In this document: positions 27,239 through 40,504 of the stretch, one piece after another
Layout: each line of letters opens with the position of its first letter
Position numbering within the stretch: position 1 is the first letter of the stretch
Origin: Octopus sinensis
Taxonomy: Eukaryota
Direction of reading: 5' to 3'
NCBI RefSeq assembly: GCF_006345805.1
Contig: NC_043004.1
Coordinates: 54,188,001-54,252,000, forward strand
Length of the DNA: 64,000 bases
The notes under the pieces: generated by a model
Databases searched by the model: none
The model's input: only the letters and a program-made list of their open reading frames with translations
What the model was told of the DNA's origin: nothing
Made by a program: the position numbers and the translations under genes

Positions 27239-28260
27239 GTGATGGGGGTAGTGGTGGTGGCGGCGGCGGCAGTGGTGGTGGTGGTTGCGATACATGGGTC
27301 TGCGATATGACGATGATTGTGCTGATATTTTCATAGCAAAGGTGTTGGTGTTGGTGTTTGTGAGAATTCTAGCTTTATCTTGGATAGGAAAACGATCATG
27401 TTGATATTTTGTGGATGGTTGCAGAGGTTGCAGAGGTTATTTATTGTAGATAGAGGTGGCCGTGGTGGCGTTGACCGTCGTGATATACGTCTGGAATATA
27501 TCTATGAATGGTGGTGTTTATTTGTTTGGAGGTAGCCTTTGTGCCTGTAGCATTAATGTTAATAGTGGTGCTGGTAGTGGTGGTGTATATCTGGGATATA
27601 TATAAATGATGTTGATTTGTTTGGGGGTAGCGCCTGCAGTTGGTGACGTTACTTGTGGTGGTGCTGGTGGTGATGGTGGTGGTGGTGGTGGTGGTGGTGG
27701 TGGTGGTGGTGGTGGTGGTAGTGGTAGCGTTGGTTGCTGTGGTGGTGGTTGTAACGGTGGTGACGGCGGCGGTAGTGGGAGTGGTAGTTGTCTCCTGGGT
27801 ATGAAAATAGTCCTGTTGCTTATTTGATAGTACTGGTATTGCTGCTTGGGATGCGGATGTTAGTGGTGGTGGTGGTGGTGGTGGTGGTGGTGGGTGGTGG
27901 TGGTGTGGTGGTGGTTGTGGTGGTGGTGGTGGTGGTGGTGGTGGTGGCGGCGGTTGTGGCGGCGGCGGTTGTGGCGGCGGCGGTTGTGGCGGCGGCGGCG
28001 GTGTTGGCGGGGCGGTGCGGCGGCGGTGGCGGCGGCGGTGGTGGCGGCGGCGGTGTCGGCGGCGGTGCGTCGGCGGCGGCGGTTGTGGCGGCGGCGGTGG
28101 TGGCAGCGCGGTGGTGGCGGCGGCGTGGTGGCGGCGGCGGCGGTGGCGGCGGTGGCGGCGGCGGCGGTGGTGGCGGCGGCGGTGGTGGCGGCGGCGGTGG
28201 TGGCGGCGGCGGTGGTGGCGGCGGCGGTGGTGGCGGCGGCGGCGGTGTGGTGTTGGTGGC
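26721..28260. repeat. Compound (GGT)n/(GGC)n trinucleotide repeat region with internal duplications
   Basis: Direct reading; source of the poly-G/V/P/H/R ORFs in the track. Confidence 0.9.
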
Positions 28261-29436
28261 GATGGTGGTTGCGGGTAGTATTGGGGGTAGCAGCGTAAAG
28301 AATAACGCTAAACCTAACATGGTAGTGCATCGACACATTTTAAAAATCCTAATCCTAACCCCAACCCTAAACCTAACCCTAACATGGTAGTATGTCGAAA
28401 CTTTTTAAAAATGGTGATGTCGATGACTTTTTGGTGGAGGCGGTGTTGATATTGCCAGGGTGGTTGTGGTGTATGATCTGTATTAAGCATAAAGCAGTGT
28501 TGATGTATTTTGTGGGTGGCCGCGGAGGGGATCTTTGTGAGATTGGCACTAGTATATTTGCTTTGTAGTGTTAATGAGTTTAGAACTGGTCCTGTTGATA
28601 TTTACACATATGTTACCCGCGAATGCTTAATATTATGTATCATGGTGGTGGTGGTGGTGGTGGTGGTGGTGTGGTGGTGGTGGTGGTGGTGATACTGCTG
28701 CTGCTGGTGATGAATATGGTGGTGATGGTGGTAGTGGCGGTGGTGGAGGGTTCGGTGGTGGTGGTGGTGGTTGAAAGTTTAGTGGTATGTGTATCGGTAT
28801 TGACAATGATGATAGTGTTGTTGATTGTTGTTGTTGTTGTTGGTAATATTGTGCAGGAGGCTATGTGGTGTTAGTATTGTTTGTGAATGGTATAGTATTA
28901 CTGATCTTTGAGATTGCAATGATGTTGGTGCTGCTAGTTCAGTTTTACTACATATATATATAGTTTCGTAAGAGCTTATTAGATTCAATCTTGAGGAATG
29001 TAGAATTTCCTTGGATCAAAAGAAATTACGAGTTAACAAATGGCATATAACAAGGATCGCCAGTGTAAGAAATGAACTTTTAAAGGCATCTGATGAGAAG
29101 AGGGCCATGAAAATGTAGATGAAGAAATATGTAGAAATATAGAGAAATATACATTCTGTTAGAGAGATTAACAGGTAGTACAAAAATAAAACATACATGC
29201 ACACGCACACACACACATATACGCGCACATACTCCCATATGTACGTTTGTGTGAATGTAAGCATATATGTTTGTTTCTATGTAGATGTGTGTGTGCGCGT
29301 GATGTTTACATGTATTTCAGTGAAATTTACATAATGACTGTGTAAAATCCTATTTTACGTAACTTTTCTCTACACTCAGCCTTATAAGAAATATCTCACC
29401 CTTATATGTCGTGCACTTTTGTAAAGACGTTACAAA

Positions 29437-29482
<46 letters not shown>

Positions 29483-29489
<7 letters not shown>

Positions 29490-30153
29490 TACATTTTATA
29501 AAGGGCTTAGTAAAATAAATTACTTTGCCACATACTGAACTCATTAGAAATAGCAGCCAAAAAAAATTTTTTTTAGCCAATTCTAATACTTAAAGAAAAT
29601 TTCTCTCAGATAGTGCTTACTCAAAATAGCCCACGAAGGTATGGGGGTAAAACATTAAAAAATCACAAGTGCAAAGGTTATTTGAGAACGTACGTTTCTA
29701 GATCAGCCAAATACAATTCGACATTTCTTTCGTCAGCCCAAAATTCCTTAATTCGGATTTGTAAACACTGAAAGTAGGAGCATACCCTTTTGGCGACTTT
29801 TCACCTCCGAAGATCCGTTCAGACTAACAGTGCCAACAAATTCAAAATATGCAAGCGAAGAATTTCTGCCCTCCCCTTTCCACCCACGTGGAATTTTGGG
29901 CTGACGAAAGAAATGTCGAATTGTATTTGGCTGATCTAGAAACGTACGTTCTCAAATAACCTTTGCACTTGTGATTTTTTAATGTTTTTACCCCCATACC
30001 TTCGTGGGCTATTTTGAGTAAGCACTATCTGAGAGAAATTTTCTTTAAGTATTAGAATTTGGGTAAAAAAATTTTTTTTGCTGCTATTTCTAATGAGTTC
30101 AGTATGTGGCAAAGTAATTTATTTTACTAACCCTTTATAAAATGTAATATTTT
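29483..30153. repeat. Foldback/MITE-like structure: ~265-bp inverted arms (29483-29747 / 29890-30153) around a 142-bp spacer
   Basis: The arms read as near-perfect reverse complements. Confidence 0.88.
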
Positions 30154-30283
30154 GAATTCGCCTTAAATGGTCCCTTTACATACTGAATACTTGGTGAAAT
30201 TGATTAATAATTTTAATTTTACCCTCAATTGTTGAAATTATTATATATATATATATATATATAGATATATATATATATATATA

Positions 30284-30314
<31 letters not shown>

Positions 30315-32046
30315 CGAGCAAAACGCTTCCCGTCCAATGGACGGTGCTGAGTTGTCAAACATTTAAACCAAATTTTCTCAAAACAACTTGTCCGACCGTC
30401 CCATAGGCCTCCCCTTTGAGAAACACTGATTTAACTTAAATTTGAGGCACCAGCAAAAGAAGAAATAAAGATATACTTTTTCTCGCGTAGTATCGATCAC
30501 AAATGCTGATGTACTTGTGCGTACAAATGCACGTTCCCACGGCTTTATAGATCGTATTCTCACCTGGAATCGATTTTTGGAATTTTTTCAAGACTTGAGC
30601 GCAATCGGATGGAGGATGCCCGAGATCCTAGAAGACACATCCACAGACAGACAGAAAGTATTTTATATAATAGATATGCTGGCGTGTCATTGTGTACGTG
30701 TATATGTGTGTTGTGAGTGTCAGTGTAATATAGATAAATATACATGTATACACGAGGGAATTTATAAATCGTTTTGCATTCAAATAATATATATTATTTT
30801 ATACTCTATATGTTGTCACACTTCTTTCTTTTTATTAACCAAGGGTTACTGCCTGGACAGAGTGAATTCTAAACAACTACCTTTTGGTAGATTCAAACCT
30901 GAATACCTGATCGCTATGGGTTGTCGCCACCTGAGAACAGGTTGTTCGCTAAGTTAATGCGGGTTCATAACACACTTAATTCAGCGTTGTTAGGAGACTT
31001 CGAGACACTGTGATATTTAGATCTCGATGTGTGCGTCTTCAGTTGGAAGAACTTAACGGTTTGGTGAATCTCACGAGAGCACGAGCTCTTGTTTACAGAA
31101 AACAACAATTAAATTATTTGCTGAATCATGCAGATGTCTTCCACACGGGACTCAACGCAAAACAGAGTGAATACAAATAATAACGTAATTATTCATCCTT
31201 AATAAGTTCTGACAGATTCGGACGTGAACATGTGATTGCTGTTGTTTTTCGCCATTGGAGAACACAGCCTTCCTTGAAGCAATAGTACAACATGCAAATA
31301 CGTATGAGTAGGCACACAACGAGCTCAAAACACCGCGCTGTTTCGAAGTCCCCTTACACCGGTGAACTGGGGAATCATGTGTGCTATGAATACACATCAT
31401 CTAAAGAATGATTTGTTCCTCAGTGAGGAAAAACAGCAAGAATGAATAGATACGCTATTGTTTCTTTTATATATCTTTAACTATATCTTTGTTACGAGCG
31501 AGTATCTTAGAAAAATTGAAATTATCAAAGCATGAAAGAATATTCTTTGCCCTTAATACGGCAGCCTCTTCCATATATCAACAGTGAAATTGAATTTATA
31601 AAGAGACGTCCTTCAAATTAAACCATTTTCTTTTCATTGTTTCTATGGACTATTTCTGTGTGTAAATCTTCGTTCTAATGAATATGACGCCTGGTTATGA
31701 GAGCATCACTGTCGGGAAACGTCACCAATCAGACAATTTTATAGTTTTATAGTTTTAGTTGTACCTAATTTTCAAACCTTATCGATAAATTGCTTGAAGT
31801 TATAGTAGCATGGAAATTCAACTTTCACTAACATTCAAGCCTTTCAACAAATTACAAAACAAGTTTGTTTATGACTCTAATTAATAGGGTTTTCTGTGGT
31901 TTTAGTAATACAGATCCTTTTTTTTCAAATTATACTGCAATCTTATACTGCGATCCTTTGAGCCTTTATGAAAAACCTGGAAAAATGTAACTAAATAATT
32001 TCTAAAATATTTGCTGACAAATTAATGATCAATAAATACTTCCTGG

Positions 32047-32259
32047 TCAGTAAATTGTGAGAAAATGCCGCAAGGCATGATCATATAGTAGTTCATTATC
32101 TTCATGTAGTGAGCTGTTATATGCTATATCTTTAACTGAATAGTAAACGGAGTCGTTTTGAGGATGTTTATATTTACCCAGAAAGTGAATTACTGTCATT
32201 GAATGAGCTGCTGTCAGAATAAGAAAAATCACCAGCTGAACAGAGAAAGTTTTCGACAT
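32047..32259 (-). CDS. Possible short secreted-protein ORF/exon (signal-peptide-like N-terminus)
   Basis: MSKTFSVQLVIFLILTAAHS hydrophobic stretch in non-repetitive sequence; no homology recognised. Confidence 0.2.
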   Translation of the reverse strand: MSKTFSVQLVIFLILTAAHSMTVIHFLGKYKHPQNDSVYYSVKDIAYNSSLHEDNELLYDHALRHFLTIY

Positions 32260-33101
32260 ATAAAAAAAGATATGAAGAAAAGAAAGCGCGAGAAAACCCA
32301 GAAATGAATTTCAAAGAAGCATACTTCAAGAACTCAAGAAAAATCGACTCCTGAAAGACATATGGACTTGGATGAGTCAGAAATTTTTTAACATTTTAAA
32401 AGACAAACTTACGTTCAGTGATAAAGGAATTGAACAACTTCAAACCTTGATATACAGATAGACATTTGCAAAACACATTTTAAGTTTGATAATGTTTGCA
32501 TGATTTATTTCTAAGATGGCCGAATTGCTCATAGATAATAATAGCCGGTTTGTTGCGGCCATAAAATTATCTTGAAAAGAGTGTAGAATACGGTACCTGG
32601 TTTTTCTTTATCATTTTCTGGATAATATTGTCAAAACGTTTTACATATCTTGGGAGGGTCGTTATGTCAATAAAAATCACAGCTAAGCGCTGGTTCTATT
32701 CCACTTCAATCATTATTAGTCAACTAGTCAACAGTTCAGTGTTTTTAGTGCTCGCCTATGCTTTGTACGTTTTATTCATATTGTGTTTTGCTTATTTATA
32801 TGATTTGGTCGATTTGTAGATTCGTTAGAGTGGTCAAACAAATGCTTTACTGTATTAGTCCGGTTCCTAAACTTTGAGTTCCAATAAAGCGAAGGACAAC
32901 ACTTTCATCATTTCAGAGTCTTTAAAGATTAATCTAACGCTAGAATCGATTCTTCTTCCTTTCTCTTTTATATCGCTCTCTCCTTCTCCATTTTATCCCA
33001 TTCTCACCCTCACCCCTCTCTCTCTCTCTCATACACACAAACACACACACACATACATGCACGCATGCAATTCCTCTCGGAAAGAAACTAACTACATTCA
33101 G

Positions 33102-33185
33102 ACCATGAACAGTGATGAACTACTCCAGGCTTTAGACCGTGACATGCTGTATATTATGATGGCATGGACTCCTCAGAAGAAAATG
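33102..33185 (+). CDS. Possible isolated 84-nt internal exon (TMNSDELLQALDRDMLYIMMAWTPQKKM)
   Basis: CTAAC branch-like motif plus CAG acceptor, GTAACG donor, phase 0-0, only one open frame; weak pyrimidine tract. Confidence 0.25.
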
Positions 33186-33725
33186 GTAACGCTTACAACA
33201 TGTGTTGGCTACTTTGCTGGGGAGGACGGAACTTTTGTATGCGTCGAGTGTCGTTCAAATTCTAATTTGAAAAGGGGTTGTTGTTTTACAACGCAGTCAA
33301 GTTTTCTCGAGTCGTTGAACATTTTACGCATCAATCTAATGTCTATCCTCAGAAAATTATGTTCGTCTTTTCCATTATTTATAACTTCAATATATTTACT
33401 TTGTATGTTTGTTGATAATTTGTATGGTCAGTTTTGTTTTGTTTTTTTTTTTTTTTTAGAAAAGACGATATAACTGATAAATATAAATCTTGTAATGTTG
33501 TTATTATTAGTCCAATGGAACGAAACCGCATCACTTATATAATGGCTGACGAAATTTCGGCTCTGATTACATCTGGTGCCATTTTACTTCACCATATTTA
33601 TATATAAACCTGATCGGATATGCGTATGCGCGTTTGTTTGGTTGGTAATTTAGGTGTATCTGTAAATGTTAGTGTTTCTTTTTTTTATGAATATATGATT
33701 TTTCTCATATAGGTGAATATATATG

Positions 33726-33792
<67 letters not shown>

Positions 33793-34859
33793 TTGTGTAT
33801 AAAGGATGTGTATACGTCATATATGTGAATATATCTATATCTATGTATATATGTGTGTGTACATATGTGTGTGTAAGACGTGGGCGTACATATGCATGTA
33901 TACGATTAAGCATTTGTATAATCTCATATATATATATATGTATATATATATATGCATATAAAATACGTATGTTCCGGGAATCTATAAATATATATATATA
34001 TACGAGCACACACACATATACGTATTTGTATATATACACGCACACACATGCATGTATGTGGTTGTATATATATGCATGTGTGTAAATATATGTATATATA
34101 TATATATATATACACACACATAACTATTTTTGTCTACTTGTATGCATGTGTATGCGTGTAAGTGTGTACGTGTGAAGTTATGCGTGTGCATATAACACAC
34201 CGGCCATTATCACAACGAATAAATATTTCCATCGTAGCTGGTGCGCTCATATTGATTGTAGAATATTCGTATATAATGTAGCATGAAATGTTCGTCAGTT
34301 GAAAAGGTTTTATCTATGAGTGAAATAACGAATCACTCAGGCATAACTTGTTAATCCTCTCTTTACGTGTTACTCCCATTTGAAATGTTCTACACACAGA
34401 CATACACACAGATATTAACACACACACACACATACTGATTCACACACGCATGCACTCCGTCATCGATCGAATATTTCTAAACTGATTAAATGGAAGCCAT
34501 TTATGATTTTCAATACTTTCTCAATGTCGTATATCGAACTGTAATATCAATAGATAGACGATAGAATTGGTTTGTAATTGAGCAATATAGTTTAGCATTA
34601 GGAGGGATATTTACTTAAAAGCATTTTAAAAGAACTGGCTAAGCATCATTTAGCTTTCCACGTTCATGGCTTACTCATATATAGTAAAAGAGCGTAACCT
34701 CTCTAGTGGCTAATGTCTAACTGAAAATCTAGCTGTATGAATCCATTAATGGCGTTTCGTGCCGTTATAGATCAACAGACGAAGAAATTGTTATCTAAAT
34801 AGTTTTGTAATATTTCTCCTGAACAAGAAAATACCAAAATAAAAAAAAAAGAAAATTGC

Positions 34860-34916
<57 letters not shown>

Positions 34917-34989
34917 TGATGATGATGATAGTAATAATAATAATAATAATAGTAATAATAATAATAATAACAATAATAACAATAACAAC

Positions 34990-35020
<31 letters not shown>

Positions 35021-35032
35021 GTAATAATAATA

Positions 35033-35099
<67 letters not shown>

Positions 35100-35130
35100 T
35101 GATGACGATGATGATGATGATGATGATGAT
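34860..35130. repeat. (AAT/GAT)n microsatellite
   Basis: Direct reading. Confidence 0.95.
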
Positions 35131-35310
35131 TTCAATTAAACATATATAAGAATTTTTAGAACGTGTTTCTCTTTGGTTTCAGATAGTTTCTGCTATTTGT
35201 AGCCATGGCAGTTATTAATGCTAAAACTACTACTACTTCTGCTACTGCTGCTGTTACTACTACTGCTGATGTTACTACTACTGCTGCTACTGCAATTTGT
35301 TGTTGTCATT

Positions 35311-35349
<39 letters not shown>

Positions 35350-35935
35350 ATGATGACTATGATGATGATGATGAGGTGGAGGGGAGGAGGCGCAAGAGCT
35401 GCAGTGTATGCTGGTGGTGGTGATTGTGATGGTGGTGGTGGTGGTAGTGAAGATGAAAATGCAATAGGTGAAGGGAATAAAAGACATTTAAATGAAATAC
35501 TTATATAACAATATTTTAGCATCAGGTGAAACCTCATATTAATTTTCCTTTCAATTGTCTCATTTCTTTGCATAAAAGAATATTATTTCACCGAGGAAAA
35601 TGTATGCATGGCGTTACGTTTATGCTCTCTTTTTTATTTACTACGGCAGCATAGGCATGTTTCGGCTGAGAATCGAAATCGTATCGTATGCTTGACGAAG
35701 CAACTATTTACTTCTTAGACAACTATAAGTGCAGCTAATTTAATGTAACAATGCCTTTCTTGGTGTAAATATTTCAACGATCACTTTTTAAGGATAGAAT
35801 AGAGTTATAGAATTTCGGCTAATGCGAGTATAACGTATAAAAATAATATCTAAGAAAAATAATTCTCATGTGCAAATGACGTAGGAGTACAGAGTTCAAT
35901 CAAATATTATATACATACGTGCTCCGCATATGCGT

Positions 35936-36160
35936 GGAGGGAGTGGCTTAGTGGTAAGGGATGTTGGACTCATGATCACAAGATTGTAGTTTCGGTTCTT
36001 TGTCCTACCTATGCGTTGTTTTCGCAAGCAAAATATTTCATTTCATGCTGTTCCGGTTCGCTCAGGTGGCAAAAACTAGAAATCCTACAACGGACTTGAG
36101 TTACATCCAGAGCGTAAGTATCTACACAACGAAAACCGGAAAACCGTTTGAATGGGTCTA
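35936..36160 (+). mobile_element. Degenerate SINE family D
   Basis: GTGGCTTAGTGGTAAGGG..GGACTCATGATC head; similar to 9635-9890. Confidence 0.6.
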
Positions 36161-36485
36161 TATGACACGGGAAAGACCTTTATTCTTTTTGTTCGTTTGT
36201 TTGCTTTTCTGCATATGCATATCAATGTTTTTCAATAAGATAATCGGCTTGTGCTTCTTAATAACTACATATATATCGTGTGTACATAGTAATAAGCACA
36301 CAAACTCACCCTCAGAATTTTGTAGAAATTAATAGGAACGATAAACACTTCAATTGCCGTAACATCATGGTTAACTACTCATATGGCAGCTGACTGAGAT
36401 CGAACACCGAGAATGTGACAAAACACCAGCGTTTGATAAACTTCCGGCGTCATTTGAGTTTGTAGAGGTTTCGTACAGGAAGACT

Positions 36486-37133
36486 AAGCGCATTTTGACC
36501 AGCGATGTGTAGCAACATCTGATACCCTAGTCGGTCACGGTGATCACGGTGATATATATACATACATATACATATACATGCACATGAATACTGAAAGGCC
36601 AGACGAAAAAATGAACTTCCTCATTTAAATGGCTTCTTGGTTACCCCAGAAACCACCGATATCTGAAAAATTCGTAAATTAGACATCAAATAAGCATGTG
36701 TGACAAAACCTAGTAATATAGTTTTAATAATCATTGGCCATCTTATAAATTGTAAGTGAACCGACCATACCAATTTAAACAATAATAACAAAAACAATCA
36801 AGCTGGACTGCGTAAAAGGCATAGAACACGTTTTAATGTACCCAAGTAGCGTCTGACGAGATGCTAGGCAGTAACTTCATACATTAATTAATTACTGCTC
36901 TGTCTATGTAAGTAACATGATTTCAACGAATAACTTGATGAAATGATTTCACTGGCTATTGAAACAATTGAAGGCTTTAATAAAGTTAACTAATACCGTT
37001 ATTTCCATTTTTTCGTCTGGCCTTTCAGTATTCATGTGCATGTATATGTATATGTATGTATATATATCACCGTGATCACCGTGACCGACCACGATATCAG
37101 ATGTTGCTACACATCGCTGGTAACAATGCACTT
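36486..37133. repeat. Inverted duplication, 128-bp arms (36486-36613 / 37006-37133)
   Basis: The arms contain a SINE C tail plus the same unique flank. Confidence 0.85.
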
Positions 37134-37255
37134 CGCATTGTTTTAGCCTTCAAATGACGCCACCCCGCTGGCTAAGCGAGCAGGCCAACAGAAGAAAAAG
37201 TGAGAGAAAGTTGTGGCGAAAGTACAGCAGGGATAGTCACTACCCGCTGCCGGAG
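37040..37255 (-). mobile_element. SINE family C (tail type 1), 3' part
   Basis: Reverse complement of 61730-61893. Confidence 0.8.
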
Positions 37256-37286
37256 ATGTGCCTATATATATTATATATATATATAT

Positions 37287-37318
<32 letters not shown>

Positions 37319-38202
37319 ATATATATACATACATTACACATACGTATATTAGAGAGATGTATGTATATATGCATACATATTATACACACACACACATATA
37401 TAATATATATAATATATATATATATAATATATATATATATATATAATATATATATATATAATATATATATATACATATACATACACATTATGCACTCCTA
37501 CATATATTTTTAGGTAGAGAGAGTATAGAGAGACAGTGAAAAATGCTTTCACAAAGTAACAAATATTTAGTAAGTTTGCCAGTTTCAAAACTACATTTGA
37601 CAATAAAAAAAAAGATCTTGCTTTGAGGAATGCTAAATTTGTTGAATTTTTCGTTTCTAGATGTCGTTCTTGTAAAATGCAATCGATATTATACAGTTGG
37701 TTACAACTACGTAATTTTCATTTAAAATATCTCTTTGCCACGATGTAATTAGAGCGTCAGACAACACGCTGTGCTGTTTGCACGAGCAATAAGTTTATCT
37801 CAGACCAACATCATGTTTAGAATTAATCATTATGAAGAACTTATTTCTTTGAATGTTTTCAAGTAACTGAAAGTATATTTCATTTCATTGTTGATCACGT
37901 AATTTCTCGTCTTGGCAATGATTCGTGCATAGAGATAAGATACCTGGATTTGTTCAAAAGAAGGACTGTTTTAGAAATTACATGTATGATTAAAAACTCC
38001 TTAACGTACATTTTCTCATATACAAATGTACATTTGCAACTAGACCCAATTAATATATGTAGCTTTGCAATAAACTACCCTTTATCAGGCACACCTGGGT
38101 ACCGGAGGGTTGCAGAATTTTCCGGATATTTGATCAGTACTATTTAAATTACCGTAGCACCTTAGATCACTCATTAAACTTCTTATGTCAAACTAAACTG
38201 CC

Positions 38203-38490
38203 ACTCCGTCGCTCACAACGAGGGTTCCAGTTGATCCGATCAACGGAACAACCTACGCGTGAAGTTAACGTGCATATGGCTGAGTACTCCACAGACACGT
38301 GTACCCTTAACGAAGTTTTCAGGGACATTCAACGTGATATAGTATGTGACATGGCTGGGACAGGAGCAAGGTGAGATAAAGTGCCTTGCTCAAGAACACG
38401 CTGCTTGCTCAAGAAGTCGCTGTGAGTTGAAATCATGACCTTATAATCATAAACCGAATGCCCTAACCCAATAAGCAACACGCTTTCACA
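38203..38490 (-). mobile_element. Degenerate SINE with D/E-type head and C2-type tail
   Basis: GAGGGTTCCAGTTGATCCGATCAACGGAAC tail; CTCAAGAACAC head block. Confidence 0.6.
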
Positions 38491-38879
38491 ATTTCTACCT
38501 ATACATGAGTATTAAAAGTAATCTTCTGAATATAGTATGAGAGAAATGGAGACACACAAAAAATGGATTAAATCAAAAACAATTTTTATTTCCCTAATAC
38601 CCTACTCGCACAGGAAATACAATAACAAAATATACTTTACATCGAGAGGCAACGATCTATTTCAGATACAATAGAAACAATCTTGTCTCTATTTAACAAC
38701 GTATTTTAGATTTTTTTCCTTAGGGTGCCGGTTTGAGAATTCCGGTTATTTCAATATTTGAATGTCGGATTGTAGAAAAATTACCATGTGTGTGTAAATG
38801 TGTATTTGTGAGTGTGCGTGTGTGTGTGTGTGTGTGTGCCTGTGTGTATGTGCATATATATATAAACACACACAGTGCT

Positions 38880-39058
38880 TATATTTTAAGCTTGGTATTT
38901 ATTCTGTCGGCGCCTTTTGCCGAACCACTAAGTTACTCTTATGTAAACATACCAGCACTAGTTGTCTCGCGGTGATGGAGGACACACACATATATAAAGA
39001 CACACATACAAACATACACACCACACACACCCACCACACATAAATATTATATATATAT

Positions 39059-39107
<49 letters not shown>

Positions 39108-39215
39108 GCGCGACGGGCTTCTTCTAGTTTCTGTCTACGAATCTACTCACAAGGTTTTTTCGGCTATAGTAGAAGACCAAAGGTGCCATGCAGTGGGACT
39201 GAACCACACAGCCAA
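38880..39215 (-). mobile_element. Degenerate, internally deleted SINE family AB
   Basis: TTTTGCCGAACCACTAAG, CGACGGGCTTCTT, GCAGTGGGACTGAACC blocks. Confidence 0.7.
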
Positions 39216-39220
39216 GCACA

Positions 39221-39282
<62 letters not shown>

Positions 39283-40026
39283 ACACACTGTATATATAGT
39301 AATGCAACTGACTATAGTTATAAATAAATGTAACATGGCAGCTAAAATTCTTGATGCAATAAATCAAGATGTTTCCATTACTGGATAAGGACAGACTATA
39401 AGCTAAAAATTCGGTATGAAAGACAAACCATAATTTTAAAATTACAATTATTAAAATATAGTATAGATTCAGATCTTTTGAATCTCGGTGGCAAACCATG
39501 GCATGTTTTGATATTATTACACTCTGTCAGCGATGCAGATATGAGATTTACAAGAAAATCTAAAAGCGAATAGGATGTATGTTTTTTGTATTAATAAATA
39601 CTGAGTTGCGCTATAACTTACACAAATGACTGTTGCAGGGGAATAACCAAGGGCGCCAGATGCATAACATTTTAATAGCAAAATAGGGGTTAGTATATTT
39701 TATATGAGATAAGCAATCTATGAACTGGCGTATCTATTACGTAAATATACGCACAGAGAAATTCGTTTCCCATAGAAATGCATCCAGGATTCATCGAATG
39801 CACATATACATACAGACAACTGCCGTGATAAATTACATGCTTATACAGATAAAAAAACCTTAGATATACTGCACAAAGAGACAACAATCAACTGGCGCGT
39901 ATGAGTTACATAGAAAATTATTATATGTGGATATACATACTAACAGAGATAACCTTTAATATATGTACGTATGCGTTTATGTGCCTCTATCGTGTCTAGG
40001 CATATATATATACGTATATGTGTATT

Positions 40027-40088
<62 letters not shown>

Positions 40089-40168
40089 ATATATATATAA
40101 TAATATATATACACATATATATATATCTGTGTGTGTGTGTGGTTGTGTGTACATATTGATTATCATCG

Positions 40169-40420
40169 TGAAGGCGTGTGGCCTAGTGAGTTGGGTGTTG
40201 CACTCATGATCACTAGACCGCGGGTTTGATTCCTGCACCGTGCGGTGCGTCGTGTTCTTGAGCAAAACACTCCATTTCGTGTTGCTGTGCCATCAGTTCG
40301 AACTCTGAGCCGTGGCACTTATGCACCTCTACAGTTAAACTCGATTTGATGTAGAGAGAGTGAGCTAATGTACAGCACTTACATTTATCACTATAAACAA
40401 ATCATTTGTGCAGGTCCGTC
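40169..40420 (+). mobile_element. tRNA-derived SINE (D/E-type head)
   Basis: TGAAGGCGTGTGGCCTAGTG..GTTTGATTCC..GTGTTCTTGAGCAAAACAC. Confidence 0.65.
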
Positions 40421-40504
40421 GTCGACGAGAGAGTCCATCACATCCCCATCATATCTCAAGAAATCATTTATATAATATTCGTACACACATACATACACAT
40501 ATAT

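Noticed and set aside
26721-28390. Poly-Gly/Pro/Ala/His/Arg ORFs on both strands
   Set aside because: Trinucleotide repeats are open in most frames by construction; no splice or start context and no unique coding sequence.
29890-29930. CTGACGA in the foldback arm
   Set aside because: Not followed by stem II and GAAA in the right geometry.
34750-34790. Minus-strand CTGTTGA...GAAACGC hammerhead-like spacing
   Set aside because: Stem II and stem I do not pair.
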